Assembly (NCBI GenBank): GCA_934277435.1
Contig: CAKQUE010000001.1
Coordinates: 65,652 to 129,651 of the forward strand
Length of the DNA stretch: 64,000 nucleotides
Reading direction: 5' to 3'
DNA from: an uncultured Alphaproteobacteria bacterium
GTDB taxonomy: Bacteria; Pseudomonadota; Alphaproteobacteria; RF32; CAG-239
Shown: one piece after another, positions 27,342 to 37,593 of the stretch
Layout of the letters: every line of letters starts with the position of its first letter
Numbering within the stretch: position 1 is the first letter of the stretch
Notes under the pieces: model-generated
What the model was told of the DNA's origin: nothing
The model's database searches: none
What the model saw: only the letters and a program-made list of their open reading frames with translations
Position numbers and translations under genes: made by a program

Positions 27342-28052
27342 CTATCCGTTAATCGCTTTTTTCTGAGCCATTATCAGTTGATGAATGCCTTGTTTAGCCA
27401 AGCGAAATAATTCGTTGAACTCGTTTTCACTAAACACAGCCCCTTCTGCCGTGGCTTGAATTTCCACAATTTTTCCGCTTTCCATCAACACAAAATTTGT
27501 ATCAGCGTCTGCGTGCGAATCTTCTTCATAGTTCAAATCCAATATCGGCGCTCCGTTGCAAATACCGCAAGAAACGGCGGCCACGTACTCACGAATCGGA
27601 TTACGGGGCAATATTCCGTCTTTTACCATTTTTTGCATAGCCAGATAAAGAGCAACAAATCCACCAGTGATTGACGCCGTTCTGGTTCCGCCGTCGGCCT
27701 GCAAAACATCGCAGTCAACCTGCACACACATTTCAGGCATTTCTGTTAAATCCACAGCCGCCCGCAAAGAACGCCCGATAAGGCGTTGAATTTCAGCCGT
27801 ACGGCCGCCCACGCCTTTAGTTTCTCGATTTACTCTGGTTTGGGTTGCCCTTGGCAGCAAGGAATATTCTGCCGTTATCCAGCCTTTGTTTCCGCCTTTG
27901 AGCCAAGCTGGAATTTCCGGACTAACACTGGCCGTACACAAAACGTGCGTGTTTCCGCATTTTATTAAGCACGAACCTTCGGCATATAAATTTACATTAG
28001 GAATAATCTCTATTTTCCGCAAATCTTCGGCTGTTCTTCCGTCTTTTCGCAT
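27342..28052 (-). CDS. rph: Ribonuclease PH
   Basis: 236 aa; high similarity throughout (RKDGRTAEDLR..., LQADGGTRTASITG). Confidence 0.9.
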   Translation of the reverse strand: MRKDGRTAEDLRKIEIIPNVNLYAEGSCLIKCGNTHVLCTASVSPEIPAWLKGGNKGWITAEYSLLPRATQTRVNRETKGVGGRTAEIQRLIGRSLRAAVDLTEMPEMCVQVDCDVLQADGGTRTASITGGFVALYLAMQKMVKDGILPRNPIREYVAAVSCGICNGAPILDLNYEEDSHADADTNFVLMESGKIVEIQATAEGAVFSENEFNELFRLAKQGIHQLIMAQKKAING

Positions 28053-28053
28053 T

Positions 28054-28641
28054 TTAATCCTCTTTTTTTATTGTTTTTCTTTGTTGCTGAAAAAAATGAT
28101 GCACCGCAGAAGCCACTCTTTTTACGGTATTTTCAACCTTTTCATCACGCGTTTCAACCACTATATCGGCTTCTGAATAATATGGATATTCTTCTGTTAT
28201 ATATTCCTGCAGCTTGTGTTTTACCGTAGCATTATCACCGAGTAAAAACGGTCGTCTGGTCCGTCCGGCTGTACGATGATACAAAGTGTCTATATCAGCT
28301 TTCAACCAAATGGTAACCGCGTGTTCTTTAGCCAATTCCCGAGTTTGAGCCGCCACAAAAGAGCCACCGCCCGAGGCTAAAACACATGGCGTACCTTGCA
28401 AAAGGCGCTTCATAACTCTTTCTTCACCGGCACGATATTCTTTTTCACCAAAACATTTCAAGACATCTACCAATGACAATCCTGCGGCCTTTTCAATTTC
28501 TTGATCTCCGTCGACAAATGGCAATGACAACCTGCGCGCCAATCTTTTTCCCACACTGGTTTTGCCACTTCCCATTAATCCAACCAACAAAATTATTTTA
28601 TCTATTTTTGACATTTTCTTAAATTTTCTTTGTTCAAACAT
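28054..28641 (-). CDS. aroK: Shikimate kinase
   Basis: P-loop GLMGSGKTSVGKRLA and DGDQEIEKAAG motif; the true start may be the internal MSKID at 28614. Confidence 0.75.
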   Translation of the reverse strand: MFEQRKFKKMSKIDKIILLVGLMGSGKTSVGKRLARRLSLPFVDGDQEIEKAAGLSLVDVLKCFGEKEYRAGEERVMKRLLQGTPCVLASGGGSFVAAQTRELAKEHAVTIWLKADIDTLYHRTAGRTRRPFLLGDNATVKHKLQEYITEEYPYYSEADIVVETRDEKVENTVKRVASAVHHFFQQQRKTIKKED

Positions 28642-28719
28642 TTGCTTTCTATTGACCTAATAATATAACCTTGCTACTATTATTCAATCTTTTTTTAATT
28701 TGTTACAAGGAAGAATTTT

Positions 28720-28881
28720 ATGAAAAGACAATCTGCTTATAATCAGGGCGGCAACCTGAGAATTGTATTTTATGCTTTAGGATTGGTTATTTTAGCCGGC
28801 GTTGGTTTTTTGATGGTACATGACATACAAGTTCCGACAGAACACACAACTCAAGAGATTTCGATTAACCTAGAAAATTAA
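28720..28881 (+). CDS. Candidate small membrane protein (53 aa), not in the ORF track
   Basis: RBS CAAGGAAG 7 nt upstream of the ATG at 28720. The product MKRQSAYNQGGNLRIVFYALGLVILAGVGFLMVHDIQVPTEHTTQEISINLEN has one clear TM helix. It ends 7 nt before xerD. Confidence 0.3.
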   Translation: MKRQSAYNQGGNLRIVFYALGLVILAGVGFLMVHDIQVPTEHTTQEISINLEN

Positions 28882-28887
28882 ACTTTT

Positions 28888-29805
28888 ATGCTGAGCCGTT
28901 ACGTAGATAGTTTTCTAGACGCCGAATCCGCAGAAAAGGGAGCGGCGCTGACTACTATTTCGTCTTACAAAAGCGATTTACAGCAGTTTTTTAGCTTTTC
29001 CGGAGCTATTGCTCCTCAAGATTTGACTGAAGAACGAATCGAAAAATTTTTACAATATTTGCAAACTTCCGGCTACGCGCCAAAGAGTATGGCTCGAAAA
29101 CTATCTACCTTAAAAGACTTTTGCCGTTTTTTATATTCCGAAAAAGTTATCAGCACTAATCCGGCAGCCTATATTCTAACACCAAAACAAGAAAAGCCTT
29201 TACCTAAATTTTTATCTGTAAAAGAGATAGAACAACTTATAGACACGGCTTTTACAAAAAAAGATTATCGGTATTGGCGTATCGGAGTGATGATTGAGCT
29301 GATGTATGCTACTGGACTGAGAGTTTCTGAGCTGGTAGGATTGCCGGAAAACGCCATAAACTATGGCAAAAGGCTGGTAACTTTGGTGGGCAAAGGAAAT
29401 AAAGAACGTATTGTTCCGATTGCCGGACGCGTTATCACAGCTTTGCAAGAATATCTGCCTCTACGGGATGAATTTATCAAAAAAAACTCCTCCTCAACTT
29501 GGCTTTTTCCATCATTAACCTCGGTTTCAGGACATTTGACAAGAGATGCCTTTTATAAGGATTTAAAAAAATTGGCAGCCGACTGTGGAATTTATCCATC
29601 TCGAATTTCGCCGCACGTTTTACGCCACTCTTTTGCCACCCACCTTCTAAATAACAACGCCGATTTACGCTCTGTGCAAAAAATGCTAGGACACGAAAAC
29701 ATAACAACCACAGAAATTTATACCCACATCATACCACAAAAGCTTGGCGATGTTGTGCGCAGCAAACACCCTTTGGCACATTTTAAGGAAAAAGCCGATG
29801 ACTAA
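28888..29805 (+). CDS. xerD: Tyrosine site-specific recombinase XerD-like (chromosome dimer resolution)
   Basis: 305 aa; catalytic R..HxxR..Y region (HVLRHSFATHLL...LGHENITTTEIYTH); phage-integrase N-terminal SAM-like domain. Confidence 0.8.
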   Translation: MLSRYVDSFLDAESAEKGAALTTISSYKSDLQQFFSFSGAIAPQDLTEERIEKFLQYLQTSGYAPKSMARKLSTLKDFCRFLYSEKVISTNPAAYILTPKQEKPLPKFLSVKEIEQLIDTAFTKKDYRYWRIGVMIELMYATGLRVSELVGLPENAINYGKRLVTLVGKGNKERIVPIAGRVITALQEYLPLRDEFIKKNSSSTWLFPSLTSVSGHLTRDAFYKDLKKLAADCGIYPSRISPHVLRHSFATHLLNNNADLRSVQKMLGHENITTTEIYTHIIPQKLGDVVRSKHPLAHFKEKADD

Positions 29806-30319
29806 AAAGATACAAATAAAAGAAGAGCATACCTTAGAAGATTTGACCAGTGTTTCTAAAACTATTTTACCTTTAGCTAAACAGCTTTTGGGAGCAAAGG
29901 GTTTGATGGAGATTGAAATTTTATCCGGTTGGACTTCTATTGTCGGAGAAGATTTGGCTCAATATTCTCTTCCGCAGAAAATTTCTTTCCGCAAAAACGA
30001 ACGCAGCGACGGAACACTTGAACTTTTAGTCCTAAGCGGTGCTTTTGCCATGGAAATCAAACAACGCGAACCGCAAATTTTGGATAAAATCAACACCTAT
30101 TTTGGTTATAAAGCCGTTTCAAAATTGAAAATAGTTCAAAACAGCTGTCCCGAAAATTTTTTAATAGATAAAAAACCCATTGATAATATGAAAAAAAATC
30201 TTGTATCTAAAGAAGAACAAAACTATATTACGGAAATAGTTAAGGATATAGATAATAGCGATTTGCGCCAAAAATTAGAAAATTTGGGCAAGGCCGTGTT
30301 TAGCAGCAAAAAAAATTAG
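29798..30319 (+). CDS. DUF721 (DciA-like) domain protein
   Basis: ATG at 29798 overlaps the xerD stop. The pattern GWTSIVGEDLAQYSLPQKISF...GTLELLVLSGAFAMEIKQREPQILDKIN matches DUF721-type proteins. Confidence 0.45.
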   Translation: MTKKIQIKEEHTLEDLTSVSKTILPLAKQLLGAKGLMEIEILSGWTSIVGEDLAQYSLPQKISFRKNERSDGTLELLVLSGAFAMEIKQREPQILDKINTYFGYKAVSKLKIVQNSCPENFLIDKKPIDNMKKNLVSKEEQNYITEIVKDIDNSDLRQKLENLGKAVFSSKKN

Positions 30320-30329
30320 GAGATACATT

Positions 30330-31073
30330 TTGGATAATATAATTAAAAATTTAAGCAAATTGACAACCTTTGTGGTCGCTTTTTTTGTTGCCGCTTATTT
30401 TTATTTTACTTACAAGGGATTTATGATTGATGAAAACGGGCAGATTGTTTTGCGTACGCAAATTGCAGCTGCTGCCGAAAAACACGGAATAGCTACCGTA
30501 TTGCCAGACAATCTCCATCTAAATGCTTCAGAAAAATATGCCGAAGGCTCTCTTGGCGCTCCGCTTACTTTATATGAGTTTTCATCTTTGGGCTGCCCGC
30601 ATTGCGCAGATTTCCATTTAGACGTTATTCCCGAGCTTAAAAAAGAATATGTTGAAAAAGGGCTTTTGCGCATTATCTTTGTAAACTTTCCTTTAGATAA
30701 AAAATCAATGGAAGCAGCCATGGTATTGCAATGCGCCTCCGTAGACAATTATCAAGGATTACTATCTCGCTTATTTGACAAGCAAAGATTTTGGTATCTG
30801 TCCAGCAATACTGACCAACTGCATAACTATGCCGCAGAATTTGGAATTAGTTACAGCGAAGCCGAAACATGCCTTCATAATGATGCTATGGCGCAGTCAA
30901 TTATATCTGATCGCCAGCAAGGGCTTAAACAGCTTGGCATGACAGGCACCCCGGCTCTTTTATTCAGTGGCCGCGATGGAAATGAAATAATTTATTCTGC
31001 CGCAAGTTTTAGCTCGCTCAAAAAATATCTTAATGACAGATTAACACGTTTAGGAGTAAAATCTGTTCAATGA
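30330..31073 (+). CDS. Membrane-anchored DsbA-family thiol:disulfide oxidoreductase
   Basis: CPHC active site; N-terminal TM anchor; thioredoxin fold length. Confidence 0.75.
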   Translation: MDNIIKNLSKLTTFVVAFFVAAYFYFTYKGFMIDENGQIVLRTQIAAAAEKHGIATVLPDNLHLNASEKYAEGSLGAPLTLYEFSSLGCPHCADFHLDVIPELKKEYVEKGLLRIIFVNFPLDKKSMEAAMVLQCASVDNYQGLLSRLFDKQRFWYLSSNTDQLHNYAAEFGISYSEAETCLHNDAMAQSIISDRQQGLKQLGMTGTPALLFSGRDGNEIIYSAASFSSLKKYLNDRLTRLGVKSVQ

Positions 31074-31384
31074 GAAAAACACCTAAAGACATTGAATTGA
31101 TGGAAGAAAGAATCCAAAACCTCAAGAAGACACATTCTGAAAATAATAAAAAAGAGCAGGGTTCTTCGTTTAGAGATTCTATTGCCAATGCCTTTAGAAT
31201 AGGCACTGAATTTATTGCTGCGGTTTTTGTAGGAATATGCATTGGATACGCTTTAGATAAATTTTTCGGGACTAAAGTTGTTTTTCTACTTGTATTTTCT
31301 GTATTTGGGTGTATGGCTGGTATGTTGAATGTTTATCGCTCAGCTCAAGAGATAGATAAAAATATTCAGAAGGGAAAAGATTGA
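31070..31384 (+). CDS. atpI: AtpZ/AtpI-family F0F1 ATP synthase accessory protein
   Basis: Small two-TM protein encoded immediately upstream of, and overlapping, atpB, as in alphaproteobacterial F0 operons. Confidence 0.55.
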   Translation: MRKTPKDIELMEERIQNLKKTHSENNKKEQGSSFRDSIANAFRIGTEFIAAVFVGICIGYALDKFFGTKVVFLLVFSVFGCMAGMLNVYRSAQEIDKNIQKGKD

Positions 31385-32109
31385 TGTCAAGTCCAGTAGA
31401 ACAATTTGAAATAAAAAAGATAATTCCGCTAGAATTTAACGGTATTGATTTATCGTTTACAAATTCTTCTTTATGTATGATGATAACTATTGCCGTTATC
31501 TTGCTCAGTATGGGCTTTTGCCTCAGAAAAAGAGATGTTGTGCCGACAATGGCTCAAACAATTCCAGAGGCTGTGTATGAATTTATTTTGAGCATTATGG
31601 GGGAAACATTAGGCAAAAACGGTATAAAATACTTTTCATTTGTTTTTGCTCTCTTTACCTTTATTGCCGGCGGTAATATCCTTGGACTTTTCCCATATAG
31701 CTTTACATTTACATCGCATATTGCGGCCGTTGGCGCGCTCTCTATTTTTTGCTTGTTGCTAAATATTTTCTTTGGCATAAGAAAACGAGGCTGGCATTAT
31801 TTGCGGACTTTTTTTCCGGAAGGTGTACCGCTAGCTATGGCCCCGCTGATTATTCCGCTTGAAACCATATCACTTTTATCTAAACCGTTCAGCCTGACTA
31901 TCCGTTTGGCCGTAAATATGTCTGTTGGACACATTATACTTAAAGTTTTGGGCGGTTTTATCATTACCATGCAAATTTTTGGCTTTGTGCCATTAGTGGC
32001 TGACATGGGAATCATTATGTTTGAACTATTCGTTACGCTGTTGCAAGCTTATATATACACAACATTGAGCTGCGTATATTTAAACATGGCAATCAGCAGC
32101 GAACATTAA
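31381..32109 (+). CDS. atpB: F0F1 ATP synthase subunit a
   Basis: 242 aa polytopic; conserved region LSLTIRLAVNMSVGHIIL with Arg-containing helix 4. Confidence 0.9.
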   Translation: MMSSPVEQFEIKKIIPLEFNGIDLSFTNSSLCMMITIAVILLSMGFCLRKRDVVPTMAQTIPEAVYEFILSIMGETLGKNGIKYFSFVFALFTFIAGGNILGLFPYSFTFTSHIAAVGALSIFCLLLNIFFGIRKRGWHYLRTFFPEGVPLAMAPLIIPLETISLLSKPFSLTIRLAVNMSVGHIILKVLGGFIITMQIFGFVPLVADMGIIMFELFVTLLQAYIYTTLSCVYLNMAISSEH

Positions 32110-32139
32110 TTTTGTTGACTAAATAGAAAGGAACTTAAA

Positions 32140-32376
32140 ATGGAAAACGAAATCTTACAAAACAAAACTTTGGCTTATATCGGTGCTGGTATCTGTGCTT
32201 TGGCTATGACTGTTGCCGCTTGGGGCTTGACAAAATTGTGGGTTGCTTTGATTGAAACTGTTGGCCGCAATCCTCAAGTAAAGAAAGACGTTACATTGTT
32301 TGGCTTTATCGGTATGGGTTCTATCGAAGCTATTGCTTTGTATATTCTGGTTATCGCCATCTTGATGATTATCTAA
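32140..32376 (+). CDS. atpE: F0F1 ATP synthase subunit c
   Basis: 78-aa hairpin proteolipid with the conserved carboxylate helix (GMGSIEAIALY). Confidence 0.9.
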   Translation: MENEILQNKTLAYIGAGICALAMTVAAWGLTKLWVALIETVGRNPQVKKDVTLFGFIGMGSIEAIALYILVIAILMII

Positions 32377-32410
32377 CAGACATAAATTCCTTTTATTGTG
32401 AGGGGAACAA

Positions 32411-32893
32411 ATGCCTCAATTAGATTTATCAACTTATGCCTCTCAGGCTTTTTGGATGGTTTTGTGCTTTTCTCTGCTCTGGCTTCTGCTTTCTATTTTT
32501 ATCACTCCAAAAATAGCAGATGTTCTGGAGCAGCGGAAACGCAAAATAGACGATTATATTCGTAAAGCCGAGAAATTAAACCAACAGGCTAAGGCTTCGT
32601 TGGAAAAATATGAGCAAACTTTAAATGAAGCCAAAGCAAAAGCCGCGGCTGATATTGCAGCAAATCAAAAAGAATCTGCAGCATTTTTGGCTGAAGAAGA
32701 AAGATTATTGAATGAGCGCTTAAACAAGCAAATTGCCGATAGCGAATTTAAATTAGCAAAAGAAAAAAAAGAAACTATGCAGCAAATTCAAAATCTTTCG
32801 CAGAATTTGGCCTTTGATATTGTGCAAAAGTTAGGTTTTGCAGAAATTACGGAAAATGATGTAGAAGCTGTTGCTGCTCAAAAAGGAAACTAA
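32411..32893 (+). CDS. F0F1 ATP synthase subunit b' (second b-type subunit)
   Basis: N-terminal TM, long charged coiled-coil; its position before atpF matches alphaproteobacterial operons. Confidence 0.7.
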   Translation: MPQLDLSTYASQAFWMVLCFSLLWLLLSIFITPKIADVLEQRKRKIDDYIRKAEKLNQQAKASLEKYEQTLNEAKAKAAADIAANQKESAAFLAEEERLLNERLNKQIADSEFKLAKEKKETMQQIQNLSQNLAFDIVQKLGFAEITENDVEAVAAQKGN

Positions 32894-32896
32894 TAA

Positions 32897-33553
32897 ATGG
32901 CAAATGAAATTATTGACAATTCTTTGAGCGAAGATTCAATCAATGTGTTAGCAAATGACAATGATTTGATTGATGCAACTCAGAATGCCATAATAAACGC
33001 GGCAGAAAACGTTTCAGAAGTGTTTGAAAAACCGAATCAAGATTTGGCTCATAACATTACTGATGTCCCTTTTTATGCAGATGTTGAATTTTGGGTAGGT
33101 ATGGCTTTTATACTTACGGTTGTGGTGTTAGCCAAACCTGCGTATAAATTCTTTAAAGCAGCTATGCACAAAAAAGTAGACAGTGTAAAAAGCCAAATTG
33201 ACGATGCCGTAAAGCTTCGTGATGACGCACAGGACTTATTGGCGCAATATGAACGGAAATTTTCAACAACGGAAGATGAAGTTGCCGAAATTGTAAAACA
33301 GGCAGAGAAGAATATAGCTAATCAAAAGAAAAATGATTTGGTAATATTGAAAGAAAACACAGCGGTTAAAGAAAAAGAAATTAAGCGCCGTATTGCTACT
33401 TCGACTGAAAACGCTTTAGCGGAAATTAATCAATCTGTAGCATATTCTGCTATTAATCTTGCAAAAAAAGCCATTAAAACTCATATTAATAAAGTAAACA
33501 AGAGCATGCTGATTGATAATGCTATTGAAAGCTTAGATAAATTTATTAAATAG
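32897..33553 (+). CDS. atpF: F0F1 ATP synthase subunit b (with N-terminal extension)
   Basis: TM helix followed by a long coiled-coil; last gene of the F0 operon; terminator follows. Confidence 0.7.
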   Translation: MANEIIDNSLSEDSINVLANDNDLIDATQNAIINAAENVSEVFEKPNQDLAHNITDVPFYADVEFWVGMAFILTVVVLAKPAYKFFKAAMHKKVDSVKSQIDDAVKLRDDAQDLLAQYERKFSTTEDEVAEIVKQAEKNIANQKKNDLVILKENTAVKEKEIKRRIATSTENALAEINQSVAYSAINLAKKAIKTHINKVNKSMLIDNAIESLDKFIK

Positions 33554-33571
33554 TTTACAAACATTAAAATG

Positions 33572-33608
33572 AACTCCACAGACGTAAGCCAGTGGAGTTT
33601 ATTTTTTT
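33572..33608. terminator. Terminator of the F0 atp operon (convergent with fba)
   Basis: AACTCCACAGACGTAAGCCAGTGGAGTT followed by TATTTTTTT. Confidence 0.55.
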
Positions 33609-33771
33609 GCATATATTTGAATTTAGTTTGTAAAAATAATGTATTATTTCCATCATTTTTAACGCAAGAAACTAGGATATACCCTAGAATATGTCTGCAG
33701 CAAGGATGCGAAAGCCAAATGCTTTTGCAAATTCTTTACGCACCCATGCCAAGCAGACATATTCTTATATT

Positions 33772-34821
33772 CTAAAGTTCGCCGGCAGCGTATCTTTGTG
33801 CCATATCAGACAATTTGATAGCTTTGATTTGGTCGGCATGACCAGCTGCACCAAAAGCAATATAACGAGCTTCGCAAACTTTTTGCATTTCTTCAATAGC
33901 AGGTTTCAAATATTTACGAGGGTCAAATTCTTTTGGATTTTCAGCAAATACACGGCGGATAGCACCAGTAATAGCCATACGGGAATCAGTGTCTACGTTT
34001 ACTTTGCGAACGCCGGATTTAATACCGCGAACAATTTCTTCTACCGGAACGCCATAAGTTTGAGGAATAGCACCGCCATAAGCATTGATTAAATCTTGCA
34101 ATTCTTGCGGAACTGAAGAAGAACCATGCATTACCAAGTGAGTGTTAGGCAATTTGGCATGAATTTTTTCAATAACATCAATAGCCAAAATATCGCCATC
34201 CGGTTTGCGAGTGAATTTATAAGCACCGTGAGAAGTACCAACAGCCACAGCCAAAGCATCCAAGTGTGTCAAAGCCACAAATTCGGCAGCTTCATCAGGG
34301 TCTGTTACCAAACGTTTTCTATCCAAAGTACCTTCAGCGCCGTGACCATCTTCTTTATCGGCCTTACCAGTTTCCAAAGAGCCGATAACGCCCAACTCGC
34401 CTTCAACAGAAGCGCCGACAGCGTGCGCACGGGCAACAACTTCTTGAGTTACGCGAACGTTATATTCAAATGAAGCCGGTGTTTTGCCGTCAGCTTCCAA
34501 AGAGCCATCCATCATAACAGAGCTATAACCGTTTACAATGGCGGATTGGCAAATATTTACGGAAGCACCGTGATCTTGGTGCAAGCAAATAGGCAATTCT
34601 GGAAACATTTCAATACCGGCCATTACCATGTGGCGAATCATCGGGTCGCCGGCAAATTTACGAGCGCCGGTAGATGTTTGCAAAATAACCGGAGCATTTA
34701 CTTTTTTAGCAGCTTGCAATACAGCTAAAATTTGTTCCATATCGTTTACGTTGAAAGCCGGAACACCATAACCGTGTTCTGCCGCATGGTCAAGAATTTG
34801 ACGCATAGATACTAAAGGCAT
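33772..34821 (-). CDS. fba: Class II fructose-bisphosphate aldolase
   Basis: 349 aa; N-terminus [27 protein letters not shown]-type and the HGSS metal-binding motif. Confidence 0.85.
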   Translation of the reverse strand: MPLVSMRQILDHAAEHGYGVPAFNVNDMEQILAVLQAAKKVNAPVILQTSTGARKFAGDPMIRHMVMAGIEMFPELPICLHQDHGASVNICQSAIVNGYSSVMMDGSLEADGKTPASFEYNVRVTQEVVARAHAVGASVEGELGVIGSLETGKADKEDGHGAEGTLDRKRLVTDPDEAAEFVALTHLDALAVAVGTSHGAYKFTRKPDGDILAIDVIEKIHAKLPNTHLVMHGSSSVPQELQDLINAYGGAIPQTYGVPVEEIVRGIKSGVRKVNVDTDSRMAITGAIRRVFAENPKEFDPRKYLKPAIEEMQKVCEARYIAFGAAGHADQIKAIKLSDMAQRYAAGEL

Positions 34822-34894
34822 ATTTTTTCTCCTTAAAAAGTTAAGTTTTATAACTGCCTAAAATATATGCAATTTCTATTTTTTTGCAAGCATT

Positions 34895-36643
34895 TTATTT
34901 GTTGTCGCGTTGTTCAAAATTTTGCAGGAGGTAAAATTTATAATAAGCTCCTTTGCGGGCTAAAAGTTCATCATGCGACCCCTGTTCCACAATTTTACCT
35001 TTATCCATAACCACCAACGAATCCATTTCTTTCAAGGTGGAAAGTCGATGGGCAATAGCAATAACCGTTTTGCCTTTCATTAACTTTTTCAAAGACTTCT
35101 GTATATAATTTTCACTTTGACTATCCAGTGCTGAGGTTGCTTCATCCAAAATGAGAATCGGTGCGTTTTTCAAAATAGCCCGCGCGATGGCAATTCTTTG
35201 GCGTTCTCCTCCCGAAAGCAGCACACCTCGTTCTCCGACTTTACTGTCATAACCCTCAGGAAGTTGTTTTATAAATTCATCAGCAAACGCTTGCTTTGCC
35301 GCAGACTCTACCTCCGCGTCTGTTGCATCTAAACGCCCATAGCGGATATTTTCGCGAATCGTACGGTTAAACAATGTTGTGTCTTGGGGAATCACCGCAA
35401 TTTGCGCCCGCAAACTTTCTTGGCGAACTTTGGAAATATCTTCACCTCCAACCACAATTTTTCCACCGCAAACATCAAAATAACGCACCAACAACTTAAT
35501 CAATGTAGATTTACCACTGCCGGAATGCCCAACCAGCCCGATTTTTTGCCCAGATTTAATTTTTAGTGAAAACTTGTTGAACAAATTTTCTTTTGACGGG
35601 TAGCAAAAATCTATATTTTCAAAGCAAATCGAGCGATTACGCATTTTTATATTATGCGCATCAGGCAAATCTTGAACCAAACACGGCTGAAAAATCAAAT
35701 TCAGCCCGTCTTTAACTTGTCCGTAAGATTGCGAAAACTCACTCACAAAAAAGCCTATATTTATAACATCAAACATTACACCGTTTAACAACGAAGTAGC
35801 CATAACCACATCGGCAAAACTGATTTTTTGCAGATACCAATAATAAAAAACCGCCAAGCACGAGGCCATATAGGTTAAAGCAAAACATAGTTTTCCTTCA
35901 AAATCAAACCACGCGTCTTTTGTACGTTCGGTTTGTTCAGCTTTTACTGCTGTTTTCAGTACATTGTAAAAATGTTTTTTCTCGTACAAATAATTGGCAA
36001 AACTTTTAACCAAATCCGAATTGGTAACCGTATCTATAAAAACGCCGTCTGTTTCTGCTCCAAATCTGGCTCGCTTTTCGGCAAATGAACCTATTCTTTT
36101 GCGAATATAGATCATAAGCAGCATGAAAATCATATTCAATAAAAAGATTATCAGCCCTAATTCCAAATTAGAGTAACATATCAAAAACATAGTAATAAAC
36201 AGTCCGCCTACAGGGCGAATAACACCAAACACTATTTGTCCATAGATGTCTTTAATTCCAGAAACAATATTTTTGGTTTTTGACGCAATTTTACCGGCCA
36301 TTTCTTCATTAAAAAAACGAATCGAATGATGGTGAACCACAACAAAAATATCTTTATAAACCAGACTGCAAAAATAGGGCATAAATTTGCCGGCCGTGTA
36401 GCGCCAAATGTACGAAGCAAGCCCTTCCAACACAAACATTGCCGCCAATAAACCGATAAATAATAAAATCTGAGATAAAATAGCTTCGTCTTGCGTATAT
36501 TTTGGTAAATATCCAATAACTTGCGACATAGCATAAATTTGCCCGCGTTCAGCAATAATGCGGACAATAAGCGCCGTCAAAATAATCGACGCCATTAATT
36601 TTGTTTTGCGTAAATAATTGAATATAAAGCCAAGTACGCTCAT
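34895..36643 (-). CDS. ABC exporter, fused permease and ATP-binding protein (MsbA-like)
   Basis: Six-TM N-terminal domain; Walker A GHSGSGKST, signature LSGGERQR, Walker B ILILDEATS. Confidence 0.8.
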   Translation of the reverse strand: MSVLGFIFNYLRKTKLMASIILTALIVRIIAERGQIYAMSQVIGYLPKYTQDEAILSQILLFIGLLAAMFVLEGLASYIWRYTAGKFMPYFCSLVYKDIFVVVHHHSIRFFNEEMAGKIASKTKNIVSGIKDIYGQIVFGVIRPVGGLFITMFLICYSNLELGLIIFLLNMIFMLLMIYIRKRIGSFAEKRARFGAETDGVFIDTVTNSDLVKSFANYLYEKKHFYNVLKTAVKAEQTERTKDAWFDFEGKLCFALTYMASCLAVFYYWYLQKISFADVVMATSLLNGVMFDVINIGFFVSEFSQSYGQVKDGLNLIFQPCLVQDLPDAHNIKMRNRSICFENIDFCYPSKENLFNKFSLKIKSGQKIGLVGHSGSGKSTLIKLLVRYFDVCGGKIVVGGEDISKVRQESLRAQIAVIPQDTTLFNRTIRENIRYGRLDATDAEVESAAKQAFADEFIKQLPEGYDSKVGERGVLLSGGERQRIAIARAILKNAPILILDEATSALDSQSENYIQKSLKKLMKGKTVIAIAHRLSTLKEMDSLVVMDKGKIVEQGSHDELLARKGAYYKFYLLQNFEQRDNK

Positions 36644-37590
36644 TCCAATTCCTTACGGCGTTTTTTTAGCTTTGAAAGTTTTTCACTGACATTGCCGGTA
36701 TCACGTCCTGTTTTGGCCAAACGGTCATACATACGGCTGATTTCTTTTTCCAAATAAGCTGTTTCTATTTCATTACGCAAAACGGTCCGTTCCTGATAAG
36801 TGCCAGATGTGTTGATTTGGTGCATTTTTTCAATACAATCTTCTACTTCAAAATTGTAACTCAGTTTCTGTTTAATAAAATAAGGAAGCTCATACACCAG
36901 CTGACGCGCATTGGCGTATGCTTCCTGCCCATCGGCACACTTTATGTAGCGTTTTTTCAAAAGGCGAAAAGCAATTTCAAGTTCTTCATTATTATCCACC
37001 ACAATAAACGGCACTGGATTAGCAAAACCCTCTTGGGCAATATATTTCAAAAACTCCAGCAAGTGATGGAAAAAGCCGTTAATATTGTAAATAATAAATG
37101 GTTTCATCGGCAGCATGCCGTCCTGCATAGCCACACAATCATAGGCTAATTCATCCAAAGTTCCAACTCCACCCGGAGCGAATACAACAAAATCAGACTC
37201 CAAAAGTTTTTGCTTACGTTCTTCCAAAGTTTTAGCAACAACTATATCCATTTTGTTAATCAACTCATCGTCATTTGGATATAAATCAAAATATTTTTTG
37301 GTGGTAATACCTTGGATTGGAGAGCCTTCCAGCTTACATTGGCGCTTATTCCAGCCGTCTAATACACCTTTGGCAACTGCGCCCATGATACCACTGTTAG
37401 ACAAGCCAAAATCCAGCTTGAATTCCATTTTTACAATTTTTTTGCCCAAATTATATGCTTCTTGCGCATAAGCAGTATCATTACCAGAACGCGAACCACC
37501 GGCCACAAACACACGAATGCCATCTTCTTTATTAGCCTCTTTAAAGCTCTGAATTACTTTTTCTTCTACATCGCACACATTATCAACCAT
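36640..37590 (-). CDS. LOG-family (TIGR00730 Rossmann-fold) protein with a ~120-aa C-terminal extension
   Basis: GGGxGxMG-type and PGGxGTxxE motifs (FVAGGSRSGN...IMGAV; FAPGGVGTLDEL); 316 aa is longer than typical LOG proteins. Confidence 0.55.
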   Translation of the reverse strand: MVDNVCDVEEKVIQSFKEANKEDGIRVFVAGGSRSGNDTAYAQEAYNLGKKIVKMEFKLDFGLSNSGIMGAVAKGVLDGWNKRQCKLEGSPIQGITTKKYFDLYPNDDELINKMDIVVAKTLEERKQKLLESDFVVFAPGGVGTLDELAYDCVAMQDGMLPMKPFIIYNINGFFHHLLEFLKYIAQEGFANPVPFIVVDNNEELEIAFRLLKKRYIKCADGQEAYANARQLVYELPYFIKQKLSYNFEVEDCIEKMHQINTSGTYQERTVLRNEIETAYLEKEISRMYDRLAKTGRDTGNVSEKLSKLKKRRKELE

Positions 37591-37593
37591 ATT

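Noticed and set aside
28888-29805. The tyrosine recombinase as a marker of an integrated mobile element
   Set aside because: Its sequence and context (aroK upstream, DUF721 and dsbA/atp downstream, no att-like repeats, no phage or IS genes) fit the chromosomal dimer-resolution recombinase XerD rather than a phage or ICE integrase.
33569-34092. Plus-strand ORFs 33569-33775 and 33691-34092 near the fba locus
   Set aside because: The second is antisense to the highly conserved class II aldolase gene. The first lies in the atp-terminator / fba 3' region with no RBS. Both are judged spurious.
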